Source of the DNA: the human T2T-CHM13v2.0 reference genome, Homo sapiens | Reading direction: 5' to 3' (one strand) | NCBI RefSeq assembly: GCF_009914755.1 | Contig: NC_060927.1 | DNA: 64,000 bases | In this document: one piece after another, positions 15,401 through 32,401 of the stretch | Layout of the letters: each line of letters starts with the position of its first letter | How positions within the stretch are numbered: the stretch's first letter is position 1 | Notes under the pieces: model-generated | Database searches by the model: none | What the model was told of the DNA's origin: nothing | Seen by the model: only the letters and a program-made list of their open reading frames with translations | Made by a program: the position numbers and the translations under genes

Positions 15401-16281
15401 CCAGACTTCCTAATCCCCTCCAACCCTCTCTTCTGTTACAACAATTCAGTCATGAAATAAGCAGTGAGGAGCATTACCGAAAGAGGCCAAAGCAGCACAC
15501 TTTGATGTGTCTCTCTGTGGATCTCACCTCAACGTGTTACTTTCTTGCTGTGGGTTCTTGGCAATTTGAGAGATAGAGGACCTTGTCTATTATGACTAAA
15601 AAAGGCCCCAGAGAAAGATAGAGGCTTATAAAATTTTGGTATCATTGGTAAAACTTAGCTTCATCATATACTCTGCAATATTTAACATAGTTAACAACTA
15701 TCACAGATAAGACCAAAGGTCAGTTTACAAACATCTACACTGCAAACCCAAGGGAAAGTGAATTTATACTAGAATAATGAAACACTATAAAAATGTTCTT
15801 TAAAAAACTTGGAGAATGTTATTTTATGGAATTCTCTATAGAAGAAAATACAGGATGTAAGCAGTATGTAAGGAAACAATTCAAGGAGAAATGAAGGACA
15901 AGATGGGTTTGAAATATCCACTAACTCTCAACCTCTGATCACTAAGTCAGATGCCCAGTGTGAATCCCTGAAGTTCCTTTTGAGCATCCTCTGCTTATCC
16001 ATTGTGCCTTCTTCTACATTTTGCCTTCATTTTACATGCATGGCAGGAGGGAAGTATAATAGTGAGATAGAATAGGCGGGCTACTCCTTTATTCTAAAGG
16101 CTGTAATTCTTACAGCAACCAATATATGTATAAACCATTGTACTTGTCCAAAAATGCCAATAAATTTTAATAAATAAAGCATGATCACTTCCAGAAATTC
16201 CTGAAAGAGAAAGTGCATATTTGATTGGAAACTTACCACTGAATCTAGTTTCTGTTTTTAAGTCAATTAAGTTCATGTTAT

Positions 16282-16658
16282 TGTATTAGTCCATTCTCAC
16301 ACTGCTAATGAAGACATACCAGAGACTGGGTAATTTATAAAGTAAAGAGGTTGAATTGTCTCACAGTTCAGCAAGGCTGGGGAGGCCTCAGGAAACTTAC
16401 AATCATGATGGACGGGGAAGCAAACACATCCTTCTTCACATGGTGGCAGGAAGAAGAAGAAAGAGAGCCAAGCAAAGGGGGAAACCCCTTATAAAACCAT
16501 CAGATCTCGTGAGAACTCACTCACTATCATGAAATAGCATGAGGGAAACTCCCCCATCATTCAATTACCCCCCATCTGGTCCCTCCCAGAACACATGGGG
16601 ATTATGGGAACTACAATTCAAGATGAGATTTGGGTGGGGACACAGCCAAACCATATCG
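16282..16658 (-). mobile_element. THE1 (C/D-like) solo LTR
   Basis: tgtattagtccattctcac ... cacagccaaaccatatcg; perfect 5-bp TSD gttat at 16277-16281 and 16659-16663. Confidence 0.95.
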
Positions 16659-17289
16659 GTTATTATCTACCCAACACCAGCCTGACTCTACATGGGGGTT
16701 TAAGAAAAGTAAAGAGCATATTGTCCGATCATGTTATTCTCCTGCTTAACAACTTGTAGTTATTTCCTACTCTTTATAGGATATAGTCTATCATTCTAGG
16801 GATACTATATTAGGCCCTTCACAATTTGACCCCTGTCCACAGTCATCAGCCTTATTTCTCACCATTCCCCAAGTGGCTCCCTTATTCTTCCTCCCATCTC
16901 ATTCTCATACCTTCTTACCTTGTATACTCTGCCCTCAGCCAAACCATCCTCCTTCATGCACCATGCTGCTGCAAATGCCCATCCCTCTGCTGGGATGCCT
17001 TTTGCCTCCCAGCTCCTGCTTGGAAACTTATTTGTACGTACAGAAGTCTGGGAGGATTCTGTACACACCTTCGTTAATGCTCATGCCTGTAAGGATGAGT
17101 TTTCAAGGGACTGAGATAAGGATGCCTCATGCCTGAGCTCTTGAGATGCGAACATATTCCTCTTCATACTTCAGTACCTAGTACATGTGTGGCACATAGA
17201 AAACATTCTGACAATGTCTGTTATATGAAGGCAAGAGTAAATATTTCAAGAGATGTTTAAAATCTAATTTGGAAGGCAAGAGGCACCTT

Positions 17290-17401
17290 GATCTAGTATC
17301 CAAAGTCTTAGTCTGAGTGTGAGCAGATCTGCCCTCTAATTCTGGTGCTGCCACTTACCTGCTGTGTAACTTTAGGCAAGTCATTTATATGTTCCAGGCC
17401 T
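17290..17401 (+). mobile_element. MIR 5' half (3' half resumes at ~20869-20930 after the L1)
   Basis: ctgccacttacctgctgtgtaactttaggcaagtcattt ... and after the L1: aaaatgatagacttggacaaatgatgtctaag. Confidence 0.65.
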
Positions 17402-20872
<3,471 letters not shown>

Positions 20873-21465
20873 TGATAGACTTGGACAAATGATGTCTAAG
20901 CTCTCTTAGTTCCAACTTTCTAAAATCTTAGCATTTTAGGAAATCTTGCAGCCCCAAAACCTCTAGACACCATGAAATCAAATACTAAATTGTGTAATCT
21001 AGATTCCTATATTGGTAGTTCAGAGGAAGAGAGAATGGATGGGGAATTTTGCAGAAATAAAAAGAAAACATCAAATGCGGCTCTTCTATGACCTGCTAGG
21101 ATCTGCTTCTACCAAATCATGGATATAGAAATAGGCCCAGCTGCACACCACTCTAATTATCCTGTTCTTCCAATTCCTCTTTTATGCATTTTTTTTGCCC
21201 ACTCTCTCTCGAAACACAGTAGCTCTGGGAGTTGAAAATTAAGTTTTAATGAAGAGATTAAAAGAAGTAAGTTTATTCCTAAAGAAATAAAATTGAGAGA
21301 CAGCAAATAACCGTACTGATGTAAGAATAGATGGCAGACTTCTGCACTGCACATTTTCAGCAAATCCTATTTTTCACAAAAATGATTTGCAAAGCTGGCA
21401 TCTTGAAACACGAGAGATGCCCGAAATGAGAGTTCTGTATTTAAAACCCCCATTTTAGTAGCTGC

Positions 21466-21670
21466 ATTCTTAGGATTATGGGCTCTGGAGTCAAACTGTC
21501 TAGGGTCAAATACAGGCTCTGCCAGTTACTAACTGAGACCTTGGACAAGAATTTAACCTCATCTGCAAAGCTGAGATAATAATAGTAATTATCCCTATGG
21601 GATACTACTATAAAAATCTGAAAGAAAATGAATGTAAAATAACCAACACAGAGCCTGCTTATAACCTATA
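21466..21670 (+). mobile_element. MIR SINE
   Basis: ggctctggagtcaaactgtctagggtcaaatacaggctctgccagttact. Confidence 0.7.
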
Positions 21671-22289
21671 TATCTAGCCAACATTTATCAGGCATGTTCT
21701 AATTTTGAGGTACTGAGCTAGCCTTTGGAGATGCAATTATAAGGAAGACTCATCTTTCCCCATAAGGAATCCATCCTTTAATAATGAAAACACCTATGTT
21801 CCCTACTATAATATGATGCTATGGTCAATACAAATATAACTGTATATGCAGAATGCCTTGGAGAGGGAAAGCAGAGACTGAATAATTCAATGAAGACAAT
21901 GAGAAGGTTCAAAAAGGAGATTATTTTATTACTGGTCCTTTAAGAAAAGCAGAATGTCGCTGTTTGGAAATGTAAGGATGAAATTCCAGTTGACAGAGCA
22001 GTACAGCCAAAGGACAGAGATGTGTAAGTAAATTGTGTGTTCTTGGACATGCAGATAGTCTGGCATGACTACAGCATGGATTTCAAGGTGGGGAGTGTTA
22101 GAAATAAGGCTGTAAAGGTAGGCTTCCTCTAAGTAGTGGCAAATTGACTGATTGATTCAGCAAATATTTATTGAGTACCTGAGTTAGATCAGAGACGTAC
22201 TATTATCTCAATTTACAGATACCAAAACTAACATTCAAAAGATTAAATGGTTTGCTCAAGGGCATAAGCAAATTCTCCTTTCAGCCCGC

Positions 22290-23005
22290 TTTTTTATTTC
22301 AATTTTTATTTTAGATGCAGGGGGTACATGTGCAGGGTACATTGTGTGATACTGAGGTTTGGGGCACGATTGATCCCATCACCCAGGTAATGAGCACAGT
22401 ACCCAATAATTAGTTTTTCCGCCATTGTTACCCTTCCTCACCCCCTCTTATAGCAGTCTCTGGTGTCTTTTGTTACCATATTTATGTCCATGTCTATTCA
22501 TTGTTTAGCTCCCACTTATAAATGAAAACATGTGGTATTTGGTTTTCTGTTCCTGTGTTAATTTGCTTAGGATAATGGCCTCCAGCTGTATCCATGTTGC
22601 TGCAAGGAACATGATTTTGTTCTTTTGTATGCCTGCATGGTATTCCATGGTGTATACATACCACAATTTCTTTATCCCATTTGCCATTTGTAGGCATCTA
22701 GATTCATTCCCTGCTTTTGCTATTGTGAACAGTGCTGCAATGAACATATGAGTGCATGTATCTTTTGGTAGAATGATTTATGTTTCTTTAAACATGAAAA
22801 AAATGATCAACATCACTAATCATGGAGAAATGCAAATCAAAACCACAATGGGATAGCATCTCACAACAGTCAGAATGGCTACTATGAAAAAGTCAAAAAA
22901 TAACAGATATTGGCGAGGCTGCAGAGAAAAGGGAACACTTATAGACTGATGGTGTGTATGTAAATTAGTTCAACAACTACGGAAAGCAGTTTGGAGATTT
23001 CTCAA
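22290..23005 (-). mobile_element. Short old L1 (L1PA15-16/L1PB-like) with 5' inversion
   Basis: Poly-T and antisense 3' end at 22290-22789, followed by a sense-orientation ORF2 C-terminal segment at 22790-23005. Confidence 0.85.
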
Positions 23006-23754
23006 CTCTTGAATAGAGGACAGATAATCCACTAGGCCAGCCTGGGAAGAAGTCTTGTTTGGGAAATCTAGGAGGCCTTCACTTTTGGTGACACCTACCT
23101 GAATTACAAGTCCAGTATCTGCAAGGAACCAACCAGTTCCCAATCTAGGAATGAATGTACTTTGCAAAGTACATTTTGCTGAGTAAAGATAAACATCACA
23201 ATCTGAATATCACTGACAATAGCGGAAACTTACCAGTTACATCCTACATTCAAGGCCCTTAGTGTAAATTATTTCCTTTAATCCTCACCACAATTTGATA
23301 AAATAGATTAAGATGCCATGCAATTGGAAGGATTGCTACTATTAACTCTGTCACACAGATGAGAACATGGAGAACAAAAATAGATTTAGTGATTTGCCCA
23401 ATGTCACACTGAAAGTGGAGAAAGGTAGGTTGGATATAGGTTTTCTGATTCTAGAACTGAAAACTTTCACCAATGGGCCATGTTCCCTCTGGCATCTCTG
23501 CAATCATGTGGCTTCACAACCTTGAGACCCAGGAATATTATAAGAACACAATTTGTTCTCAACTGACAAAAAATCATGAGCAGTGCCAACTCTGTGTGGT
23601 GCCAACCCAGCTCTTTCCCCTGACCCAGTGGGGAAAAGGTATTTATGGTAGTTAGGTGAAGATAAAGGCATTTAAGGAAGGAATAGGGTTCTAAGGCATC
23701 CTATGCTTCCTTCTACTTAAAGACCTTTCTCCTCCCCCCTTCTATAAACACCCC

Positions 23755-26670
23755 AAGATCTGGCTTTACCCCTTACTACTAGTTCTTATTACAGGCTTCT
23801 ACAGATCCCTGTCACTCCCCATTATTCCTGGAGATCTTAGGTCCTGACTTACTGCTGCTTTCTCCAGTACTACTCCTGTCATCATTCCTGATGTGTTTAA
23901 TATTGATGTAGAGAATCCTTCCAGTTGCATGGCATCTTAATTCCTTGACTTCCTTCCTGTCTTCCAATGACCTTGTCCCACACACAATCTCAGCCACTTA
24001 CCCGACAGTCATTCTCTGGACCTCATCATTCCTAACAACCCTCCATACTCTCAATTTCAAATATTCCACTCTGGAAAGCAGATCCATTGCCTCCTATGAT
24101 TCTTCATTCCCAACCAGGACAAGCAGTCCACTATTCTAAAGCCATTTTCCTGTCCTTTAAACCTCGTATGTCCTCACTTCTTTATTACCCAGCTTCTATG
24201 TCAGGTGTGTCATTCCTTGATGTGTATACAACCCCCACTTCTTTGCCCTTTATTGTTTTCATATTCTCCAACCAAACGCTACTCTAGGTAAATCCAACTT
24301 TTTACCAACCCTGAATTTATACCTGTGTAGCTGAAATGGCTGGGGAAAGAAAACTACAACCATTAGAAATGTTCTGCCTTTAAGTTAACGATTGTGAACC
24401 CCAAAAGGGTTATAGCAGTACCCAGTAATCCTACTGCATCCCCCAGTGCATTCCCTCTCCCCGTTTCCTAAGAGAGGTATTTCACGCTTTCTGTTTCCCC
24501 TGACATCACAACTCCTCCCATTCCCTTACTCCCAGCTAATGAATGCCCTTTCTCCTTATTTCATGGAGAAAATAGACACAATCAGAAGAGAAATTCTGTA
24601 TGTTCTCATAGCCACATCTACCCTCCCACCTGCATTTGTGTCCATATGCCCTGCCTTCCCTCCTGTTACTCCTGTTTGCTTCCTGGACTTGTCCTTGCTT
24701 CTACCTAAATTAATTCCCCACAATTGTGCAGTAGATGCCATCCCCTCTTGCCTACTTCAGGATATTTCCCTAGCAATTGGTCCCTCTCTTTCATGCATAA
24801 TTAAATTTTCCCTCTCTACTGAATTATCCTCGTCAGCATTCAAGTGTGCTGTAATTTCTTACATCTCAACAAAAAAAAAAAATCTTGACCCACTTTTCCC
24901 TCTAGCTACCACCTCATTTCTCAGCTGCCCTTTAAAGCAGACTCTCTAGTTTATCCCCTCCCATAAATCCACTTTTGAATCCACTTCCCTGAAACTGATC
25001 TTGAAAAAGACACCAATGGTTTCCATGCTGCTAAACTGAATGATTTTGCTTTAAAGGCCTCATCCTACTTGAAAGGTGAGCAGCATTTGACACAGTTGAT
25101 CATTCCCGCCTCCTGGAAACAGTTTCTTCCCGTGGCATCTGGGACTCCACACCCTCTTGATTTTCCACCTGCCTTACAGAACAGTCTTTCTCAGCCCTTT
25201 TGCTGGTTTCTCCTTATCTCCCCAAACTCTTCGCTGTGGAGTACTCCAAGACTCAGTCCCCACACCTCCACCCACACACACTCCAGTCTCAGGGCTTTGA
25301 TTGTCACCAGCACATTCATGGTTGAAATTTCTACCTCCAGTTCACACCTCTCTCCTGAGTTCTAGTCTTTAATATGCATCTGTACCCTCATTTCTAATAA
25401 GCCTTTTAAGGTTAACATGTTTGAAGCTGAACTCCTGATTTTTCCCCAAAACGTACTCTACCCCCAAACTTCCCCATATCTGTTAAAGGCAAATCCACCT
25501 TCATTTTGTCTGAGTCTCAAATCTTGGACTCATCCTGGCCTCTTCTTTTCCCTTCATATCATTCATCTGCTCTACTGGCAAATCCCGTTGGCTCTAACGT
25601 TGGTGCAAAATCAGAATCCGACACTTTCACTACCTCCAATGACACAAACCCAATCCGTACCACCATCACCTCTCACTTGAAATATTGGTGAATTCTCTTG
25701 GCTCTGCCTTAAAAATATCCAGACTCTGATTGGTTTGGATCAATTCACTATCATCTCTTGCCTGGTTGACTACAAGGGACTCCTAAATGGTCCCCTTGCT
25801 CCTGCCCTTGACCCTAAGCTAGAATGATCCCCTTAAATGTAAGACTAAGCATGGAATTCCCTAGCTCAAAACCTTCCAGTGATTTCCCACCTCACTCTGA
25901 GTGAAAGCCCATATTCTTACAACTGCCTTTGAGGCCTAGTTGTGCTCCTATCATTGCCAGCTACCTCTGAGACTTCACGACCTCCAATTCTCTCAGTCAG
26001 TCCTCTACTCTTACTGTGCCGGTCTTCTTGCCACTGTTCAAACACTTCACACCCTCTTTCCTCTGACAGCCTTTGTGCACTGGTTAGTTCCTCTGTCTAT
26101 CCAATAGAACTCTCTATCATGATGGAAATATTCTAGATTTGTGCTGTTCTAGATCTGCTCTAGATCTGTTTTAGGTACAGTAGCTACCAGGCACCTGTGG
26201 CTTTTGGGCACTTGAAATACGGCCAGTGCAACTGAGGAATTGAGTTTTTAATTGTATGTGTTTTATTTATTTTAAATGTAAACAGCCACATGTTGCTAGT
26301 GCATACCATATTAGACAAAGCAGGTCTACTGTGCTCTTCCTTGAGATATCTGCGTGGCTCATTCCCTCACTTCTTTCAGGTATCTGCTTAAATGTCACTT
26401 TAATAGTGAGGCTTTCCTGATCAAAGTACTTAAAAGAGCAAGTCACCGCCACCTGGCACTCTTCATCCACCTTCCCTGGTTTGCTTAATTTCTCCATAGT
26501 AATTAGAAACATAAGCATACTATATGTTTTTGTTTGCTCATTTATTTGTAATCTATATCTCCAAACTAAAATTAAAAGTCCATACAGGCAAAGATTTTAG
26601 TCTGTGTTGCTTTTGCTGCTATACCACCAGTGCCTAGAAAAATACCTGGGACATAGAGCTCAGGAATTGC
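23755..26670 (+). mobile_element. Long LINE-2 (L2a-like) remnant
   Basis: C/T-rich body, RT motif gcatttgacacagttgatcattcc (AFDTVDHS) at ~25083, 3' end ccagtgcctagaaaaatacctgggacatag. Confidence 0.85.
26092..26323 (+). mobile_element. MER3 (hAT-Charlie MITE) inserted in the L2
   Basis: tccaatagaactctctatcatgatggaaat ... gcacttgaaat ... actgaggaattgagttttt ... cagccacatgttgctagt. Confidence 0.85.
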
Positions 26671-28676
26671 TTATAGATTCTAAAATCTCCTTTCCATCAC
26701 TAAATTCTTGGCTGGTCTTGCACAAGTAATGGTCCATCTCTTGGTTTCAGCTTTTTTCTTTCTCCTAATGTCCTCTAATATTGAGCCCTGTTTGTTTCCT
26801 TCTTAGTACTTACAACAATTTATAAATTCTGTTTGTTTACTTGCTTATTGCCTGTCTCCTCACTGAACTGTAAACTCCCAAATGGCAGTGACTATGTTCT
26901 TCTTATTAATCTAATGTCATCATTGCTCAATAAATAAAGAGTCTTTCTGGGATGTGAGGCAATAAAATCTGCCACCCAATAGGTGTTCACCCAGTATTTA
27001 AGATTTGCATTAATTATTTAATATTCAAAGTGAAGAGTTTTAACTATTTGGAATGTAATCAACTAGTTGGATTAGAGGCCTACTATCTACCACTGTATCA
27101 GTGAGAAAATGTAGTTATATTAATCCATATTTGGATGCTTTTTTAAGATCTGTAGGATGCTACTGAATAGGTGTCCAATAAGGATTTGTTGAAGATTGCA
27201 TTAATTATTTCTTCTTCAAACATGGGTCAACATAATGGCACAGACAGCAGAAAAGGCCAACTCTAGAGTGCCATACTCTTGTAGAATTGTGGGCTCTGAG
27301 GAGCCCTGGAGGCTGGGAGGGTCCTCAGGAAGGGTTGGCATTGTGCCCACCTGTCAGATGTGACTGGGGGCCTACAATCTGGCATTTTTCCATTTTTTCA
27401 CTCTCCTGGCTGGTTTTTGTTGTGGTGGTGTTTTGTGATAGTGGTTTTGTGAAAAGGCTCGGGAGGGCATTTCTGCACTGTTAATACAGCCATCTTCGTA
27501 ACACCTGCCACCTGTGTTAAACGGCCACCCTGCCCAGTCCCTTGCCCTCATTCGGCCCCCATCCACAGCTCCAATGGGGCAGTTCCTATTAAAAGGCCCT
27601 TCCTTTCTTTACTACACGAAGCATTAGAACTCGGCAGAGACAGGACACTAAATCAGCAGTAAACTTGTCCATTCACCTTTAACATTTCAAGTCCATAAAG
27701 TATCCTTTACTGCTAGCAGAGAGTGGGGAGTTTTCCTATTGGCTTGACATAATTTTTTACAGGGATTTAACATTTTCTAAGACATCCGCTAAGCTCTCAA
27801 TAGATCTTCCATAAAAAAGAACTGAGTCCTAAGATTATCACCTTTGGTTAGAAACCCAGTTTATCAGCATCAGTATTATCACTTGCTTAATTGTTTAAAA
27901 AAAATGTACAATCACCTCCCAGTCATTTTACTTTAGGAAAAGTTACACTGGGCCTCATTTTGATATCTTCCAAAGTTACCTTTCTTCTTCTTATGACCTT
28001 AATACTTCTAGCAAGAATCAATAATTAAACAGATATTTGTGATGTGTTTTTTTTAGTGTCAAAATTTAACTTTATACATTGCTAAGTTATGTTTCTAATT
28101 CTGAACTGAGGCTCTCACTTTTTATCGTTAAACCTGTCTATCAAAAGCTCAAAATTTCAAGGAGCCTAAATTTTGTCTTTGATGCTGTACTGATGAATTG
28201 CAATGTAAATTTTCAGAGACAACAGAAAAGGACCATCACTTATACATGTCCATTTTCAAAGGGTAATTTCTGCAGCTCTCCCTCTTCACTCTGAGAGTCT
28301 GAGTGACAGTCTATGCCCTTGGTTAACCAACCTCAGGGATGGTTGTTAGCACTTCCAGTTATTTACTGTCACTAAAGTGAAAGCCGTCTTTAAAAAATGT
28401 GTCCTTATAAATCCAGCAGGAAATCCAAGTTTCCTATTGGTCCTCCTTCTGATTCTTCTCTGATTTCTTATTCTGAAAAATTACTGATAGTAGTGTACTA
28501 ATTAAGTTTTTAGCAGGGAGACCCTTAATGATGAATTAAGATAGCATTTTTGCAGTGTTGCTAAGTGGCTTTAGTCTACAATGGACTCAGTGATCCCAAA
28601 ATAAATTTAATCTTGTCTCTCACTGAAATAGTTGAAATCTTGGTGCACAATGTAAATCTGGAAAAAAAGAAAAATA

Positions 28677-28838
28677 CCTGTGGTTCCAGCTACTTGGGAG
28701 GCTAAAGTTGGAGGACTGCTTGAGCCCAGAAGGTCAAGGCTGCAGTGAGCTATGATCATGGCACTGCCCTCCGTCCTGGGTGACAGAGTGAGACCCTGTC
28801 TCAAAAAAACAAAAACAAAAACAAACAAACATAGAAAG
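28677..28838 (+). mobile_element. 5'-truncated AluJ (right arm)
   Basis: Right monomer with A-rich tail; TSD aaagaaaaata at 28666-28676 and 28839-28849. Confidence 0.9.
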
Positions 28839-29984
28839 AAAGAAAAATAGATAAATTACAGAATGTAATTAATAATTAGGATCTTCTTATTTTCAAGGGT
28901 AATAATATAAATTGAAGTTCTAACAGTATTGCCAGGCAGAGAATGGATCAAACCTACTATAATGAAAACTCAAAAACCACCTGTAATTAGAAAATGAATT
29001 TTCTTATATCACATGGAAAAATTTGTTCTTTTCCAGGCACCACAACTCATCACAAATTCCTTAAAACTCATCACAAATTGTGGGGACAAGTGCCTAAGGT
29101 TTTACCTTACTTTGCATTAGCTTCTTGGTAGGTTTCCTAACTGAATCGGCTACCCAGGAGACATTTCAACCCCCTTAGCCTGACACAGGGAAAGAACAGA
29201 AGGTGGGGAGAAAGAACTGGGGAGGCGGAACTGTCAATGAGTAAATTCGTATCTGGCATACTACACTTATTTAGCATGTCTCTTGGGCTTTTTTTTTAGT
29301 TTATATTCATGTAACACATCAGGACAGGGTCAAGAGAGATGGTATAGTATAGTGAAAATTACCCTGGTTTCATCAGGAGACCTTGACTCTAGTCCCTAAC
29401 AGGCTCTCACTGCCCTGTGACTCAGTGTCAACATCTGGCTGCCATTTCCCTCATCTACTAAATTAGAGAGGTTGGAAAATCTATTCTCTAAAAGTCTCTT
29501 TTGACCCTAACATTCCATGATTCAATGAAATATAATTACTAATGTAAAAATACAAGATAATTCATTCAATCAAATTATATTGCCTCAATCTAAATGATTT
29601 TGCGTTTCAAAGTTCAAATGTAATTACAGAGAAATGAAGAGGACAGACATGAGTTGCCACTGAAAGCTAACAGGCATCACAGGCAGCAGCTCGCTTTCTG
29701 GAAATGCACATTGACAATTAGCAATTAACGTCTTCTGGAGACAAGCAAATGATCAGGAAGCCTCTTGGCAGAAGGGAGTCATAAAGTTTCATCGTACCAC
29801 TTAACAGATATTTTATCATATGATAAATTAGGTACTTTTCCATCCACTGTAATAATATATTCCCTACAATAATTAAAGGTGATTCCAGGCCTGATGCACT
29901 CTGGCTGGGTGTGATCCTGATCGTTTGTTCAATCAGATTTTGGTAGGTTTGTGCCAAAAAGAAGAATAGAATCATGATCTCCTC

Positions 29985-30520
29985 TTATCTTTTGGTGCTC
30001 AGAAACAGAAAACTGAACCCTGCAAAAGGAACACATGCTTCAATTATCTGCAAAGTTGAGCCGTAGGCCTTGACCTCAGACAGGGCTGGATTCAGGGGAT
30101 ATCACAATGTCAGTAAGACACAGTCCTTCCCTCTTTTGGCTCTCCTCTGTTCTGTGTTGTTTTATTCCCAGATTCCACAAGCAGCAATGTGGCTGACTGC
30201 TACAAGCTCTGAGTCTGCATCTTCCCAGGTTCAATTTCAGTGCAAATGAGTACTTGTTTTCCTCCAAAGTCAGAACAAAAATCCTGAGCCTCATTACTAC
30301 TGGCCTGAATTAAATCACATGGTCAAATCTGAACCAAGCACTGTGGCCCAAGAATACAATAAGCTGATCAGCCTGGTCCTGGGTCCCATGCCAGCCCTGG
30401 AGGTGGTGGGGGGAGCAGAGGTCAGCCACCCCACCACACACACCCTGCCAAGTGAGAGTGAGGGTTTCCTCAGGGAGTAACCTTAGCTAGAAGCTGGAGG
30501 ATGGCAGAGTTATAAGCTAC
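29985..30520 (-). mobile_element. Old MaLR LTR (MLT1K/L-like)
   Basis: cagacagggctggattcagggg ... ggcctgaattaaatcacatggtcaaatctgaaccaagcactgtggcc. Confidence 0.6.
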
Positions 30521-30647
30521 AGATCTCTATTTCATGCCTGAAATAACATGAGACCCTAGAGTACAGTCATCAACTTAGAAATTATCCTAAAGATCTGAGT
30601 CCCATCTCTTTATGTAAGGCTGAAAATGCAGAGTCTTGAAGAAACTG

Positions 30648-30900
30648 AGGCAGTGAAGCATAGTGGTTAAACTCATAGGCTTTGGAATCAGACAACCTGG
30701 GCTTTGAGTTCTGATTCTGCCACTTTACTAGTTTTGTGTCTCTGAGCAAGTTACTTTACAGACTGGAACCTGGTTCTACTCATCTGAAAATAGGATGAGT
30801 TGTGGTACCCAGCTCACAGGGGTGATGTGAAGATTGAGATAATGAATGTATAGCACTTAGCAGACTACCTAGCACTCAGTCAAATAAATGACAGCCATTA
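30648..30900 (+). mobile_element. MIR SINE, near full length
   Basis: gcatagtggttaa...ggctttggaatcagac...ctgccactttactag...ctcatctgaaaatagg. Confidence 0.8.
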
Positions 30901-32129
30901 CTGGTAAAGAGAGGAAAACACTGGCCCAAATGCACATAGCTGGTTCATGGAAAATCTGGAACTAAAATGGGATCTCTTGACTTCTGGTTCAAAGCTAGTA
31001 GTGAATCAAGGTGAAATTTAATAGCACACAAGACAGTTATATCCAAAATATCACAGAAAACATCAGTCTTTTTTCCCAAATTGCTACCTGGAGCTTCATG
31101 GATCCCATTTCACAGAGCCGTATAATTTTAACATCACCAGACCTTCTTTAAAGAAGTCAAGACAGGCCTGTCATTTTACTCCGCTGACTATGACCAGATG
31201 CATTCAAGAAAGACACAATTGACCTAACAAACACAAGTTGAGACCCTTGGGAAGATACGGCCACTGGTCTCAGCAGCCAAGTATTTGCTAAGAACTCTCT
31301 GTGAATCCAAAATTGTGTGGAATATGAAAATAGAAAATACATTCTCTGCATTGAAAGGCCTTACTCTTGTTGGGAAATGGGTCAAGTGGATGGTAGAGAC
31401 TAAAAGTGTTGAAAGTGCTAAGGCAGAAGGGATCGCTGTGGGAAATGCATGGCTGACTGGGGCAGATGTGATTAAGGAGGACACAATTGGGAAAGGGACT
31501 CCAGGTAAGGAGTGCAGCATTAGCAAAGACTAGCAAGAAGACAAGTGGGAGAGTAGGAAGAGGAGCACCCAGGACAGAGGAAGGAGAAGGAAATCAAGCC
31601 AGGCAGTACAATGGTGGCTCTGGATTGAGGACTGAAGAGGCCACACATGAGTGGATGAAGGCTCAGGCATGCAAAACTGTGAAAGCAATGACTCCAAGTC
31701 ACTCATCTCTTTAAAACATTAATTGGGTCTCCAGTTCTTTACCTTGGTCCCCAAGACCTTCCCTGTACTGACGCCATCTCCCACTTCATTCTTCCTTCTC
31801 CTCATGCCCACGACTCTGCTCACTCTTTGCAAAACGTGTCTGAGACACTGCAGTCTTTTCTCATTTCCATGTTCCATTTCTCATACTTAAAATGCATTTC
31901 CTCTCTCACGTCTGCCTCCATAGTTCTACAGACTCTAATGCCCAAGTCATGTAACCCTATTTATGATTAATCATACCTTGAAATTGATGATAGAAAGTAC
32001 AGTTAATGAAGGCCTTCCATTATTCACTACCTCATGTCAGGAGACTTCCCAGAGTCCTTCACATTCCAAACTAGTGATCTCTCCCTCCTGTGAGTCCCAT
32101 GTAGTAGTAGCAGCAGAAATAATAATAAG

Positions 32130-32345
32130 AGTGATAATACCACCATTTAATAAGCACTAAGCACTTTACTTATATTGTCTAATTTAATATTTATACCAAC
32201 TTCATGAACAGTTCTGGCATTCCCATCATGTAGATAAGAAAACTGAGACTCATAGGGAGCAAGTAAATTGCCCAAGGTCACAAAACTAGTAAGTAGCAGA
32301 GCAAAGGTTGGAACTCAAAAGCTAGGTTCTTAATCCATTGTACTA
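32130..32345 (-). mobile_element. MIR SINE
   Basis: gtagataagaaaactgagactca...aaattgcccaaggtcacaaaactagtaagt. Confidence 0.75.
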
Positions 32346-32401
32346 TCAGAGAAATTTGTTCCTCTCTAATGGTATGGATTACATATTGTCTTTGATAGTT
32401 G

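Noticed and set aside
24446-25680. ORFs of 87-167 aa
   Set aside because: Lie within the degenerate L2; no intact frame.
27585-27596. CArG box
   Set aside because: cctattaaaagg has eight A/T between CC and GG, not six.
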